A stretch of DNA of 64,000 nt from an uncultured virus (IMG/VR IMGVR_UViG_3300023179_000075) (IMGVR_UViG_3300023179_000075); one strand, 5' to 3'. Counted from the first letter of the stretch, positions 40,711 through 50,242 are shown. Numbers and translations are program-made. Notes: generated from the letters alone by a model not told the origin.

Positions 40711-41099
40711 TTATTTTCTATTTTATGTTGGATAATTTCTGTTTGTTCTAATAATTTATTACCTTCAATCTGTACGGCACGTTGTTCATCTAATAATAAT
40801 TGTATTTCATCAGGATTAAAAAAGGATTCTATCCCAGTATTAGTATTAGAAGATGCCCGTTGAGCAATACCTGCCATTTTAATTAGCTGGTCGTTATTTC
40901 TTACATTAACATCGATTAAATCTTTAACAGTTGGCATTAACATTACTGCAGAGCCAGCGTTAGATGATGCAAGAGGTTTTAAAGCATCAATTAATTCATT
41001 AATTTGCTTATCAGTATCTTTATTGTTTCGGTGTATCTGTTTAAATATATCAGATAAAGACGTATTACCAAATAAGGTTACGTCATCAAAATTAGCCAT
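40707..41099 (-). CDS. Hypothetical helical protein
   Basis: 130 aa; ATATTTAT upstream. Confidence 0.6.
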   Translation of the reverse strand: MANFDDVTLFGNTSLSDIFKQIHRNNKDTDKQINELIDALKPLASSNAGSAVMLMPTVKDLIDVNVRNNDQLIKMAGIAQRASSNTNTGIESFFNPDEIQLLLDEQRAVQIEGNKLLEQTEIIQHKIENK

Positions 41100-41126
41100 A
41101 TTGCGTTTATTAATAAATATACGTAC

Positions 41127-41906
41127 TTAATTTTTTATATATCCGTGCTGGTAATATTCATTGTATAGTTTAGTACGTAATGTATCTAGTTTTTTAGTTA
41201 CTTTAGTAATTTGGGGAGTAGTAGTATCCGTTATTTCACGAATGTATATATATAATGCTTTTTTATTAAATATTTCTAACATTTCACGTTTACGAAATAA
41301 TTCCATAATAGCATCCGCCGTTTTAGCATCATTAGTTTTAGGGAATAACTGATAAAGATATTTATCCACGTACCGAATATATTGGTCTATAAAATTATTA
41401 GGATCCTCTTTCTCCTCAGCTGTTCTAATAGTATCATATAATATGACTTTATCTTCATCTATTTCTTCAACAGTAGCATGTTCCTGGAGTTTCTTATAGT
41501 TGTTATTATTATAGACGATTAAATATCGTTTAGCGATAGTGCCAAAGTAGGAAAATGCTTTACCTTTAGACTGGTCGTATAAGTGGAGTTTCTCAAGTAA
41601 AAATGTTACTACTTCATGTTTCAGTTCCTCTATGGTATCTGAATCAGTGTAGTAAAACTTAAATGTATGAATAATATTTTCCGCCAGTTTATAGAAAGCA
41701 TATTCAATACGCTCCCTATAAATCTGATTACGGAATATTTGGTCTGATGAGGCTAGATATTCGATAATAGCATTATCGGTATCCTCAGTAAAATAAATGC
41801 GAGGTTCTTTAGGTTTACGTCGACGAGGTTGTCCACGTTTATTTAAGGCTACTTCACTAAATTCGTTATCTAGAAATACATTTACGTCTTCTTCGTAATG
41901 TGACAT
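41127..41906 (-). CDS. Phage sigma factor (T4 gp55-like, late transcription)
   Basis: KLAENII..F.Y..ELKHE..LLEKLHLYDQSKGKAFSYFGTIAKRYL resembles sigma region 2 of gp55-type factors. Confidence 0.7.
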   Translation of the reverse strand: MSHYEEDVNVFLDNEFSEVALNKRGQPRRRKPKEPRIYFTEDTDNAIIEYLASSDQIFRNQIYRERIEYAFYKLAENIIHTFKFYYTDSDTIEELKHEVVTFLLEKLHLYDQSKGKAFSYFGTIAKRYLIVYNNNNYKKLQEHATVEEIDEDKVILYDTIRTAEEKEDPNNFIDQYIRYVDKYLYQLFPKTNDAKTADAIMELFRKREMLEIFNKKALYIYIREITDTTTPQITKVTKKLDTLRTKLYNEYYQHGYIKN

Positions 41907-41957
41907 ATTATTTATTGTTTAATAGACAATATAATAACAGAAAATAACGTAACCAAA

Positions 41958-42233
41958 TTAGTTTTTAGTATTGAATTGATTTAATACAGTTTGTATTTCT
42001 TTTATATTTTTAAAGAATGTACCTACTTCATCATCCGCTTCAAATGCACCTCTATTATCTAGTTCTTGAATAGTATTATTTGAATCTTCAATAATGATAC
42101 TAATAGCATCTATATATTGTTGTTGATTAACTAATGCTTTTTCAAGTTTATTATTCTTATTAATCAATAAATACCCCGCTATTAGAACTAATTCTATAAC
42201 ATGGATCAAAATTACCCATAACAATATTTCCAT
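41958..42233 (-). CDS. Single-TM protein
   Basis: Hydrophobic N-terminus; FEADDEVGTFF. Confidence 0.6.
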   Translation of the reverse strand: MEILLWVILIHVIELVLIAGYLLINKNNKLEKALVNQQQYIDAISIIIEDSNNTIQELDNRGAFEADDEVGTFFKNIKEIQTVLNQFNTKN

Positions 42234-42235
42234 AA

Positions 42236-42433
42236 TTATCCTCTAAATTGTTGTTCAAAATCATCCGGTTCAACCGAAATTATTTCTCTAATACTCTCAA
42301 GTGATTCTTTTAATGCATCAATAGAATCTTGAATTTCATTTTGACTTATATTTCTATTCACTTGAAGTTGAATACGATTAACAGCAGTATCTACCGTAAC
42401 TAATTTGTCTAAAACATTGTTTTTGTATCTCAT
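42236..42433 (-). CDS. Hypothetical protein
   Basis: 65 aa; ATATTTAT upstream. Confidence 0.55.
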   Translation of the reverse strand: MRYKNNVLDKLVTVDTAVNRIQLQVNRNISQNEIQDSIDALKESLESIREIISVEPDDFEQQFRG

Positions 42434-42566
42434 AATATATATTTACATATAAATATACGATTCTTCATGTTCCAATTTCCTCATCTCTCTTTTCCCCCAT
42501 TTCAAACATTTTATTCAACCGCTTGTATTTTGAATCTACGAAAGAAATCTTAGCTTTCCAAAGAAA

Positions 42567-42592
42567 TAGGGCAACTCTTTCGAGCTGCCCTA
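42567..42592 (-). terminator. Intrinsic terminator with GAAA loop
   Basis: UAGGGCAGCUC-GAAA-GAGUUGCCCUA then UUUCUUU. Confidence 0.75.
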
Positions 42593-42613
42593 AATTCAAA
42601 TTATTTATATAAA

Positions 42614-43162
42614 TTATTTATTACCACCAATACCTTGTCCTGGAGTATTTGCTCCTGTAGCGGCATCTGCAGCTCCTAATACTTTACCTGCGGCTTTAGA
42701 AACTAATGTTTTAAAGTTAGCATCTGGATTTTCTGCTTTAGCAGCTTTAAATTGAGAAGCAATAGCAGCACCTACAGCACTACCAGTAATTCCAATCAAA
42801 GTACCCAATGTAGATAATACTTGACCATTTGCAGATATCCACTGCATAATTTCAGATCCAGCTTCATCCATTTCTGGTTTAGCAGCTGGTTTAGTTTTCA
42901 TTTTGCCCATTTCTTCGCGAATGATTTCTGCTAATTGAGCTTTAGTTATTTTTTGTTTCATTTCTTTTACTGTGTTTATTTTTGGGGATGATTTTAGGAT
43001 TGATTTTATAATAGTATTAGCTTGTTCATCAGTAACATCAATTTCAAAATAGCCTTTTAATTTATTGTCGGTAATATCATAGCTATCCACACGGACATCT
43101 TGTTTCTCCAAACGATTTAAAAAAGCGGCTTTATCGTCTAATTTGATTTTATAATGACTCAT
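42614..43162 (-). CDS. Hypothetical protein with Gly/Ala-rich hydrophobic C-terminus
   Basis: 182 aa; ATATTTAT at 43171-43178. Confidence 0.6.
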   Translation of the reverse strand: MSHYKIKLDDKAAFLNRLEKQDVRVDSYDITDNKLKGYFEIDVTDEQANTIIKSILKSSPKINTVKEMKQKITKAQLAEIIREEMGKMKTKPAAKPEMDEAGSEIMQWISANGQVLSTLGTLIGITGSAVGAAIASQFKAAKAENPDANFKTLVSKAAGKVLGAADAATGANTPGQGIGGNK

Positions 43163-43195
43163 TGCTAATGATAAATATACTAAAAATATAAGAGC

Positions 43196-43408
43196 CTAAG
43201 TACCATTATCCATCTTCCTCCTACTTCTCTCCGTATATACATCCCACCCATTAAACCACATAAAATGTAGTAGCATAAAACAAAAGAAAACATCCCACTC
43301 CCAACCATTAACTCTATTCAAATATTGTTGGATAAAAAACAAAATCAACGTACCTGCAAATTTAGTCAAAAGTTGTATTTTAGTCATTATTTTCGGTTTT
43401 AAAATCAT
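43196..43408 (-). CDS. Small membrane protein
   Basis: Two hydrophobic segments; start uncertain. Confidence 0.4.
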   Translation of the reverse strand: MILKPKIMTKIQLLTKFAGTLILFFIQQYLNRVNGWEWDVFFCFMLLHFMWFNGWDVYTERSRRKMDNGT

Positions 43409-43886
43409 TAATTACCATACTATCCGCGTGCAAAACGCTAGAATATATAAATCCCAATTGCTCAATAACACGAGCAGCAGTAATAGAATCAACAGCAAAC
43501 ATCTCACGATGCGTATTGACACGTTGAGCAGCAAAATAATCATGCACATCAGCCTCAAGTAAATCAGAACGATAACATTGAAACGAATAAACAGGAATCC
43601 AAGGAGTAGGTACACCCGTACCCGCTGATATTTGTCTTGCTCTCTCATCCGGTGTAGAAGTAGTCATTCCAATCTTTACCATATTAGGTACCGATTTATT
43701 AACTAATACGTACACGTATTCGGGTTTGCGAACACCACCTGATGAATCCATAAATGCTGATGCTAGGTAAATGACTTCATCCCAACCATCACCACATGGG
43801 ATGAGGGTAAATGCTTCGGCTTTGCGAAATTTACTTTGGGGTAGCTGGATATAATATTGTGCTTCTTCGGGGGTAACTCGTTTCAT
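43380..43886 (-). CDS. T5orf172/GIY-YIG-like domain protein
   Basis: YVYVLVN....MVKIGMT...ERA.QIS..TGVP...E..VH..F....REMF. Confidence 0.85.
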   Translation of the reverse strand: MKRVTPEEAQYYIQLPQSKFRKAEAFTLIPCGDGWDEVIYLASAFMDSSGGVRKPEYVYVLVNKSVPNMVKIGMTTSTPDERARQISAGTGVPTPWIPVYSFQCYRSDLLEADVHDYFAAQRVNTHREMFAVDSITAARVIEQLGFIYSSVLHADSMVINDFKTENND

Positions 43887-43892
43887 CGCGTA

Positions 43893-44060
43893 TTAGGGTT
43901 TAGGGTTTATGGGTGTGAGGACGGAGCCGCTAACAATAGCTTGTTCGTATTGCTCCAGTGATAAGCCGTATTCGGCGGCTTGTTTTTCCCTAATATTTTT
44001 GACGTGTAGTAGCATAGCTTCTTTGGTTAGAAACATGTCTGTGATTACTTGTTTATTCAT
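43893..44060 (-). CDS. Small hypothetical protein (55 aa)
   Basis: Manual translation MNKQVITDMFLTKEAMLL...; promoter motif directly upstream. Confidence 0.55.
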   Translation of the reverse strand: MNKQVITDMFLTKEAMLLHVKNIREKQAAEYGLSLEQYEQAIVSGSVLTPINPKP

Positions 44061-44411
44061 AACTTATTTTTTATATAATAAATGTAACGTATATATCTTG
44101 CCTTACCCCAAAAAATCGTTGTAGAGGAGATTTTACGGCTTTATGAGTTGTGGGCGAAAGGGTTATTTTGGAATTTATAGTTGCGTTGTGGGGGATATGC
44201 GTATATACTGTCGATGGTGAAAGGGTGTGTGCGTGCCGGGAATTAATATACCTTTTTTTGCCGCGCCATCACCCCGTCGATGGACCGCGATTGGCGTGGG
44301 AGTATTCCGCCACCATCCCGCTACCACACCGCTATCGGCCGCGCGCGTCCCGATCCCGAGGAAGATCCTGAGGATCTACATCCACATTCCCTCACCCACG
44401 AGGATTATCCT

Positions 44412-44880
44412 CACACGGAGTAAGATAACCGATGAATTTTCATCACCGGCTATTTAATCAGTCATCTTATATTATTACATATAATAAGCATCATAGTGTT
44501 CTTTTCTACTATTATAATCATCATCAGTTAATAATGATTTTAATTCAGCTAAACTAGTAATATAAGATGTTCGTTGTTCTTCTCTATATTGATTATATTG
44601 TTCTTCACTTACAACTGTAATATTATTTTTATTCACACGAACTGTATAAGCATTTACTTGTGCGTCTGGTAATTCTCTTACTGTTACTGTCTTATTACTT
44701 ACTTTAATAATTCTAAACATTACATTTTTGTATTGTTCATTATTATTTAATTTAATTACGTCATTAATATTCATATATTTTATTTATTTGGTTAACGTAA
44801 ATGTACGCTATATATTTTGACTTACACGGGAGTAAGATAACCGATGAATTTCTTCACCGGCCACTTAATCACTCATTTAT
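44412..44880 (-). repeat. Imperfect ~55-bp direct repeat with hairpin (44412-44468, 44824-44878)
   Basis: ggagtaagataaccgatgaattt...tcaccggc...ttaatca in both copies, flanking ORF 44475..44774. Confidence 0.9.
44475..44774 (-). CDS. Early hypothetical protein (SH3-like beta N-terminus)
   Basis: Motif-led ORF. Confidence 0.6.
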   Translation of the reverse strand: MNINDVIKLNNNEQYKNVMFRIIKVSNKTVTVRELPDAQVNAYTVRVNKNNITVVSEEQYNQYREEQRTSYITSLAELKSLLTDDDYNSRKEHYDAYYM

Positions 44881-44888
44881 CTGGTTAC

Positions 44889-45170
44889 TTAATTGCCTAT
44901 CTTATCATTATATTTACTTAGGCATCCTGGACATCCAATGTACTCTACCTTCTCAATCATAGCCCAGTTATTACTTAAGGCAGGTGTACCACATAAGTTA
45001 CCATCACTTGAATCATAGATGTGGGCTGTATCACTCCATACGTTACCCTTGTTCCCGAATACACGGTATCCTTCTTTCAGGTCAGCCACTTTTAAACGGT
45101 TCTTTACTGCAGCAGCTGCCTCGATTACATCCGCTTGTCTTTCTAATTCTTTCATTTGTCTTGGTGTCAT
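44889..45170 (-). CDS. Early hypothetical protein (H..C..CxxC)
   Basis: True start MTPRQ follows the leader motif. Confidence 0.6.
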   Translation of the reverse strand: MTPRQMKELERQADVIEAAAAVKNRLKVADLKEGYRVFGNKGNVWSDTAHIYDSSDGNLCGTPALSNNWAMIEKVEYIGCPGCLSKYNDKIGN

Positions 45171-45229
45171 ATTTTTATTTATTTGGTTAACGTGAATATA
45201 TGAGCGGGGCTCTGCCCCGCCCAATTTAA

Positions 45230-45319
45230 TTAATTACTGATAATATACAGCCATAAGTAAATGGCAGACATCATCGTTGCTAATACACCCATCACTCTAA
45301 TTTTTAATTCGTTTGTCAT
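45230..45319 (-). CDS. 29-aa hydrophobic peptide
   Basis: MTNELKIRVMGVLATMMSAIYLWLYIISN behind a full motif copy. Confidence 0.5.
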   Translation of the reverse strand: MTNELKIRVMGVLATMMSAIYLWLYIISN

Positions 45320-45434
45320 GTTTTATTTATTTGGTTAACGTGAATGTACGCTGGTAATAGTGCCAGGCATAAGGGAGGGGCTGGTGTAGAAACACCGCCC
45401 CGTTAACCATTAAAAATTAAAAGTATGAACCGAT

Positions 45435-45638
45435 TTAAAAATATATTCGTTGATCTACTTTATGTAGACTGCCCACTCGAAATTCCTTACACCACCTAAA
45501 TTCATCCACCTGTTGTTTCGGGTGAGTGGTTCTGAACGTGGGTTTCTCTAATCGCTCGCCCCGTAATGGTATTCCATAAATGGCGGTTGGTATTCTGCTG
45601 GTAATGAACTCATCTAGTGCCGTAATAATTCTTTCCAT
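45435..45638 (-). CDS. Early hypothetical protein
   Basis: Partial motif upstream. Confidence 0.5.
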   Translation of the reverse strand: MERIITALDEFITSRIPTAIYGIPLRGERLEKPTFRTTHPKQQVDEFRWCKEFRVGSLHKVDQRIYF

Positions 45639-45673
45639 GTGATTAATGTTTTTGGTTGATGTGAATGTAATGA

Positions 45674-46036
45674 TTATGCTTGTACCTCCTCAACAGCATC
45701 TTCCTCCATGTCGCTCATACGCTCAATATACCCAGCAATCAGATCAGTTAATCCATAACATGCTCTACTAGCTATTTCACGTGAATCAATCTTTACATCA
45801 TCCAGTGATACCTCATTATAATTCAAACTGAACTCAGCTGAGCTAAAATCAATGGCATCTTCACTATCCATTTCATCGATATTCTCCTCAAGATGTACCT
45901 TAATTTCTTTATACAAACCATCCACATCAATAACACTTCCCACCTCAATACCTTTTATTAATTCAATCACTTGATCCAGTGAATAAAAAGACGGCATTTG
46001 TTTTTCTAATAATTCTAGCGTTTGTTTCTTAGTCAT
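45674..46036 (-). CDS. Acidic early protein
   Basis: D/E-rich, 120 aa, motif-led. Confidence 0.6.
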   Translation of the reverse strand: MTKKQTLELLEKQMPSFYSLDQVIELIKGIEVGSVIDVDGLYKEIKVHLEENIDEMDSEDAIDFSSAEFSLNYNEVSLDDVKIDSREIASRACYGLTDLIAGYIERMSDMEEDAVEEVQA

Positions 46037-46102
46037 AAAAAATAATTTTTTGGTTTTGAATAAATGTACGGGATCAGCTTTGCCAATCCCGTACTTAAAA
46101 AA

Positions 46103-46399
46103 TTACGCTTCTACTGCCTCAACAACTTCCGTTGTTACAACAGCCTTACTACCTTTTGGGCGACCTACTTTAATATCGATCCCACGAGATACCCTTTCCG
46201 CCTGTGCTGCTAAACGAGCCTGACGAGCGCTGTTTGGGTTTGATGGGCGACCTCTTTCTACCGAACCACCTGCTGCTACTCTAGCCGCACGAGCTGCTAG
46301 TTTCGCTTGACGAGCTGATCCCTCAACTGCCGGACGACCACGTTTTTCACTTTTAACTACTGTTGTTTCTACTGTGTTTACTGTTTTTTTACTTGGCAT
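46103..46399 (-). CDS. AT-hook-like DNA-binding protein
   Basis: KRGRP..SARQAKLAA / ERGRP..SARQARLAA / VGRPK internal repeat. Confidence 0.65.
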   Translation of the reverse strand: MPSKKTVNTVETTVVKSEKRGRPAVEGSARQAKLAARAARVAAGGSVERGRPSNPNSARQARLAAQAERVSRGIDIKVGRPKGSKAVVTTEVVEAVEA

Positions 46400-46458
46400 A
46401 ACCTTTATTTTTTTTGTTTTTAATATTTGTGTGATGTAAATGTAACGATTTGTTTTGC

Positions 46459-46572
46459 CTAAACCAATTTAACTTTATTATTTACGTGTTTTAATATTTG
46501 ACTATATGTTAGACCTTTAGTGTGTATACCTAACTTATGAGCCATCTTAATTAAATCTTTATACAATATCAT
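46459..46572 (-). CDS. 37-aa basic peptide
   Basis: MILYKDLIKMAHKLGIHTKGLTYSQILKHVNNKVKLV behind a full motif copy. Confidence 0.5.
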   Translation of the reverse strand: MILYKDLIKMAHKLGIHTKGLTYSQILKHVNNKVKLV

Positions 46573-46617
46573 ATTTTATATTTTTTGGTTAACGTGAATG
46601 TACAACAACAATTTTGC

Positions 46618-46827
46618 CTAACCTTGTTTTGTTTGAGCTTTACTCATAGTATCTAACCCATAACTAACCCCAGCGTGAAAAATATTCATCACATCAAGAG
46701 CGTTGTTTATTTCTAGTGTTACGTTTATTAAATCATCTCCTCTATCTAATACATCAGTTAATTTATAACCCATTGTATTTATTAAAAATGGAAGGCGATC
46801 GGTGTGTGTAATAATTGTTACTATCAT
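46618..46827 (-). CDS. Early hypothetical protein
   Basis: Start MIVTII after the leader motif. Confidence 0.55.
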   Translation of the reverse strand: MIVTIITHTDRLPFLINTMGYKLTDVLDRGDDLINVTLEINNALDVMNIFHAGVSYGLDTMSKAQTKQG

Positions 46828-46885
46828 TATTTTTAATTTTTGGTTAACGTGAATATACAATACTAGTCGTGACAAAACAAAAACA

Positions 46886-47083
46886 CTATATTTCTATAGT
46901 GTTTATTTCTTCAGATATATCAGATGATATACTATACAAACGCTCACATGCTATGTGATTTATAGTATCAAATACTGAATCATAATTATTATCTTCAATA
47001 ACTGAATCTAATAAATCATCACATTCTTTTCTAACATCATCAATTTTTTGTTTAATTAATTTTAATAGTTCAATGTTTGTCAT
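46886..47083 (-). CDS. Acidic early protein
   Basis: Motif-led ORF. Confidence 0.55.
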   Translation of the reverse strand: MTNIELLKLIKQKIDDVRKECDDLLDSVIEDNNYDSVFDTINHIACERLYSISSDISEEINTIEI

Positions 47084-47139
47084 ATTTTATATTTTTGGTT
47101 CGATGTAAATGTAAGTGGTGAGTTTTGACTCACCACATT

Positions 47140-47433
47140 CTATTCTATTATTGTTATTATATCTTCTATTAACATTCTGCCGATCTTCTGTTTAACTGCA
47201 CTTTTAACATCATGAATATAATCTTCATCACATTCACTTTTTCCTGTATTTAAACACCAACTATCTAGTTGTGTAAATGAATTATCAACATAAGCATTAT
47301 TAACATACATTCCGGCATCACAAACTAGTGATTCTCGTTCAGTTAATAGTTCATAAAACGCTTCTTCATCTAAAAATCGCTTGTTAATTACTTTCAGCTC
47401 TTGTTTAGCTGTTTTTGTCAATTGTATTTTCAT
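47140..47433 (-). CDS. Early hypothetical protein
   Basis: Motif-led ORF. Confidence 0.55.
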   Translation of the reverse strand: MKIQLTKTAKQELKVINKRFLDEEAFYELLTERESLVCDAGMYVNNAYVDNSFTQLDSWCLNTGKSECDEDYIHDVKSAVKQKIGRMLIEDIITIIE

Positions 47434-47495
47434 ATCTTAATTTTTGGTTCGATGTGAATGTATAACAGTAGTTGTGACAAAACACAGACAACAAA

Positions 47496-47514
47496 AGCGC
47501 TCATTACGAGCGCT
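47496..47514 (-). terminator. Intrinsic terminator
   Basis: AGCGCUC-GUAAU-GAGCGCU then UUUGUU. Confidence 0.7.
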
Positions 47515-47524
47515 GTGTTGTATT

Positions 47525-48160
47525 CTATTTATGTTTCGACGGTCGACCTCGTTTACCGCCTGATCGGCTAACTCGAAGCGCCTTATCTGCGCTTTTAAGC
47601 GCGATAGCTGCCTCGGTCATTTTAGGTCGTCCACGCCCAGCGCCTGACGGCGCTTTCGCTGGTTTCGGTCCACCCACTCGAGCCGGCCGTCCTCGTTTTC
47701 CGTTTGACGAAAAAGACTTCGCTAGTTCGGCTAAAAGCTTCTCACGTTTAGCTTCCTCACTCAAACCAGGACGCCCACGTTTGCCACTAGTGATCTTTAC
47801 TGGTTTGGGCTCGCCGGATTTACGCCCACGAGTTGGAGCATTTTCATCGGCTGGAGCCATTGCGTCGATCACTCGTTTCTGTGCTTTGGTTTCTGGATAC
47901 AATATTACGGCGTCCAGATCATAACTTCTCGTCTCACCCCCTTCGCCACGTACCTCGTAGCCGCCGGCAGGAAACGATTTATTTTCGCCCGGCAACCATC
48001 GTTTCTTGAGTGTAAAAAATGAGCGTTGCGAAAAAAAAGCCGCTGGTAAAACACGTACACCAGGATCCATTGGTACAAAAGCGGGGTCTATGTCGGCGTA
48101 AGCTTGGTATACACCTATCTTGTGGCCGCCGACGACAAAATCTTTATCGATAATTTTCAT
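47525..48160 (-). CDS. Multi-AT-hook (HMGA-like) DNA-binding protein
   Basis: Four RGRP and one RGRK motifs in a basic C-terminal half; the gene is visibly GC/CpG-rich. Confidence 0.7.
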   Translation of the reverse strand: MKIIDKDFVVGGHKIGVYQAYADIDPAFVPMDPGVRVLPAAFFSQRSFFTLKKRWLPGENKSFPAGGYEVRGEGGETRSYDLDAVILYPETKAQKRVIDAMAPADENAPTRGRKSGEPKPVKITSGKRGRPGLSEEAKREKLLAELAKSFSSNGKRGRPARVGGPKPAKAPSGAGRGRPKMTEAAIALKSADKALRVSRSGGKRGRPSKHK

Positions 48161-48208
48161 AACTAATTATTTGGTTAACATGAATTTACGCCCACGATTT
48201 TGCCTAGC

Positions 48209-48427
48209 CTAATCCTTTTCCCACCACGCTTTAATACTCTTTTTAGCAAAATTGGCAGTTAGTGTTAGTAATAACATACCAATAAACCATTTAAAACACC
48301 ACCATATACTACTAAATGGAAATATACTACGGAAAATATAGGAAACAATAATTACTACGATAAAAAACCAATTGTATACTTCCCAATATAATAGTGAAAG
48401 CGAATTGTCAACCCAGATAATTTTCAT
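48209..48427 (-). CDS. Small two-TM membrane protein
   Basis: Trp/Phe-rich hydrophobic ORF, motif-led. Confidence 0.55.
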   Translation of the reverse strand: MKIIWVDNSLSLLYWEVYNWFFIVVIIVSYIFRSIFPFSSIWWCFKWFIGMLLLTLTANFAKKSIKAWWEKD

Positions 48428-48884
48428 AACCTTTATTTTTATTTAAATAAATTTACGCCCACGATTTTGCCAAACAAAATTGGTTTTGTACGTAAAAAGT
48501 ATTAACTTTTGTTAAGACTTGCTCCAAAAAAAGCATTGGTTGAAATTTACGCCCACGATCTTGCATTTCCAAACAAAAAGTGTATGTGGTTTAACAAAAA
48601 ATTGTGCGTATATATCTTTTTAGTACGAGAAATGTTTGGAGTGGCGAAATGAAGCGTACCTAATCACATCAGCATATCACACATCACAACACATCATACC
48701 ACATATTATATACCAAAAACGTCATTTGGTTTATATTATAAACCACACTATATTATAAACGTATTTATTGCTTAGCATACGTTACGTACTAATACACTAC
48801 TAGCGTTACACAAAAAAATGCGCGTTACTGCTACATATTAGCGCAGAACAGCATGCATGCTGTTTTAAAAAAACGCATATACCA

Positions 48885-49172
48885 CTACACATTAGCTAAT
48901 GCATCAACTAACTTATCGACTTTACTTTCAATTCTATTTAGCGTTTCCATAATACGACTAATTGTCACATCAGTGTTTCGTTCGTTATGCTGAGATACCA
49001 TATATTCCTCTCTCACTATCTCCATTTCATCAGCTATTCTATCTATCATCTTCTCATCATATCGCTTGCCGTTAATTTTAGTTATTCCGTCTAACGTTTC
49101 TTTATCATACATCTCATTCATTTTATTACACATCTCTACATTCGGATCAGTTTCATTATTATATATTGCCAT
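48885..49172 (-). CDS. Hypothetical protein with coiled-coil tail
   Basis: Start MAIYNN preferred. Confidence 0.5.
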   Translation of the reverse strand: MAIYNNETDPNVEMCNKMNEMYDKETLDGITKINGKRYDEKMIDRIADEMEIVREEYMVSQHNERNTDVTISRIMETLNRIESKVDKLVDALANV

Positions 49173-49227
49173 TTTATTACGTTTTATTTTATTTACAAAA
49201 TATTGTGTTAAAAAATAGTTCATTCTA

Positions 49228-49401
49228 TTACGCTCTATCTAATTCATTCAGTTTATTTTCGATTGCTAACTCTATTGTACGTGCTCCTACCCATACATCA
49301 TCAATCAGATATGTGTTTGGATGAAATTCATCCATTAACATTCTAAATTGTTTAATAAATTCTTTTAATTGCTCGGGGTTGTTTTCTTCGAATTTTGTCA
49401 T
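49228..49401 (-). CDS. Early hypothetical protein
   Basis: Start MTKFEE after the leader motif. Confidence 0.55.
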   Translation of the reverse strand: MTKFEENNPEQLKEFIKQFRMLMDEFHPNTYLIDDVWVGARTIELAIENKLNELDRA

Positions 49402-49446
49402 ATCTTTATTTATTTGGTTAATGTCAATATACAATATTAATTCTGC

Positions 49447-49740
49447 CTAAGCTGTTTCTAATTTAAAGCTTAATTTACCTACATATCTTATTCCTGCTTT
49501 AGTCCATATCGAGTGTTGCATTTTAAAACCAACAGCATATGGTTTGTGTTTAAAATCATCACTAACTACAAATTTGCTGATTTTATTTCTACTATCTCTA
49601 CTTAATCCCCAAAACATGGTTTGACATTCTCCATCTTTAGTTTTACGTGTATATACACGTTTGTACTTTAAATCGGGAATTGCTTGTTTAATTTGTTCTC
49701 GGTAACTAATTGCGGTTTGTAATTTTTGTTTATACGACAT
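49447..49740 (-). CDS. Basic early protein
   Basis: Motif-led ORF. Confidence 0.55.
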   Translation of the reverse strand: MSYKQKLQTAISYREQIKQAIPDLKYKRVYTRKTKDGECQTMFWGLSRDSRNKISKFVVSDDFKHKPYAVGFKMQHSIWTKAGIRYVGKLSFKLETA

Positions 49741-49792
49741 ATCTTAATTTTTGGTTAATGTGAATGTACGATCATTACTTTGCCTACCTTTA

Positions 49793-50197
49793 TTATAGTT
49801 CGAATTTATCAAGTCCTACTACTTTTTCAATAGCTAAAATGCATTTCCATACTTGGTCGGGGGTAGATTCCATTAATCTATTTTCATCTAAATAATCAAC
49901 AAGATCGCTAATATTAGATTTAACTATCTCTAGTTTCATTTTTAATTCGTTTATTTCGTCGGTCATATCTTTATTTATTTGGTTGTTGTGTATAGGTATT
50001 ATTACATTACCCAATATATCAAGTGCGCTTTCTCTAGTATACCCATACTGACCTAACGTTACTATAAATTCAAATGGCGTATTACATTTCCTTATATCAT
50101 AAGCGAATAGTGGTGCGTCGTTATATTCACTGTTACTACCATCATACAAATGTCCTATTTGATTTATTACTCCGTCTTGTATTTCTTTAATTTTCAT
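49793..50197 (-). CDS. Early protein, apparent fusion of two cassettes
   Basis: Internal leader motif and in-frame ATG at 49966. Confidence 0.55.
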   Translation of the reverse strand: MKIKEIQDGVINQIGHLYDGSNSEYNDAPLFAYDIRKCNTPFEFIVTLGQYGYTRESALDILGNVIIPIHNNQINKDMTDEINELKMKLEIVKSNISDLVDYLDENRLMESTPDQVWKCILAIEKVVGLDKFEL

Positions 50198-50242
50198 AAC
50201 TTTATTTATTTGGTTTGAATGAATGTACGCTCGTTACTTTGC

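Larger units (their letters stand above)
290..43178 (-). promoter_or_regulatory. Dispersed ATATTTAT motif, candidate late promoter
   Basis: Plus-strand ataaatat at 290, 1895, 3940, 10911, 15313, 19645, 22225, 28507, 35390, 38637, 41113, 42449 and 43171, each shortly upstream of a minus-strand start codon. Confidence 0.7.

Noticed and set aside
44150..44457. Plus-strand ORFs 44150..44371 and 44227..44457
   Set aside because: Arise from local high GC; non-ATG starts, wrong strand and atypical composition.
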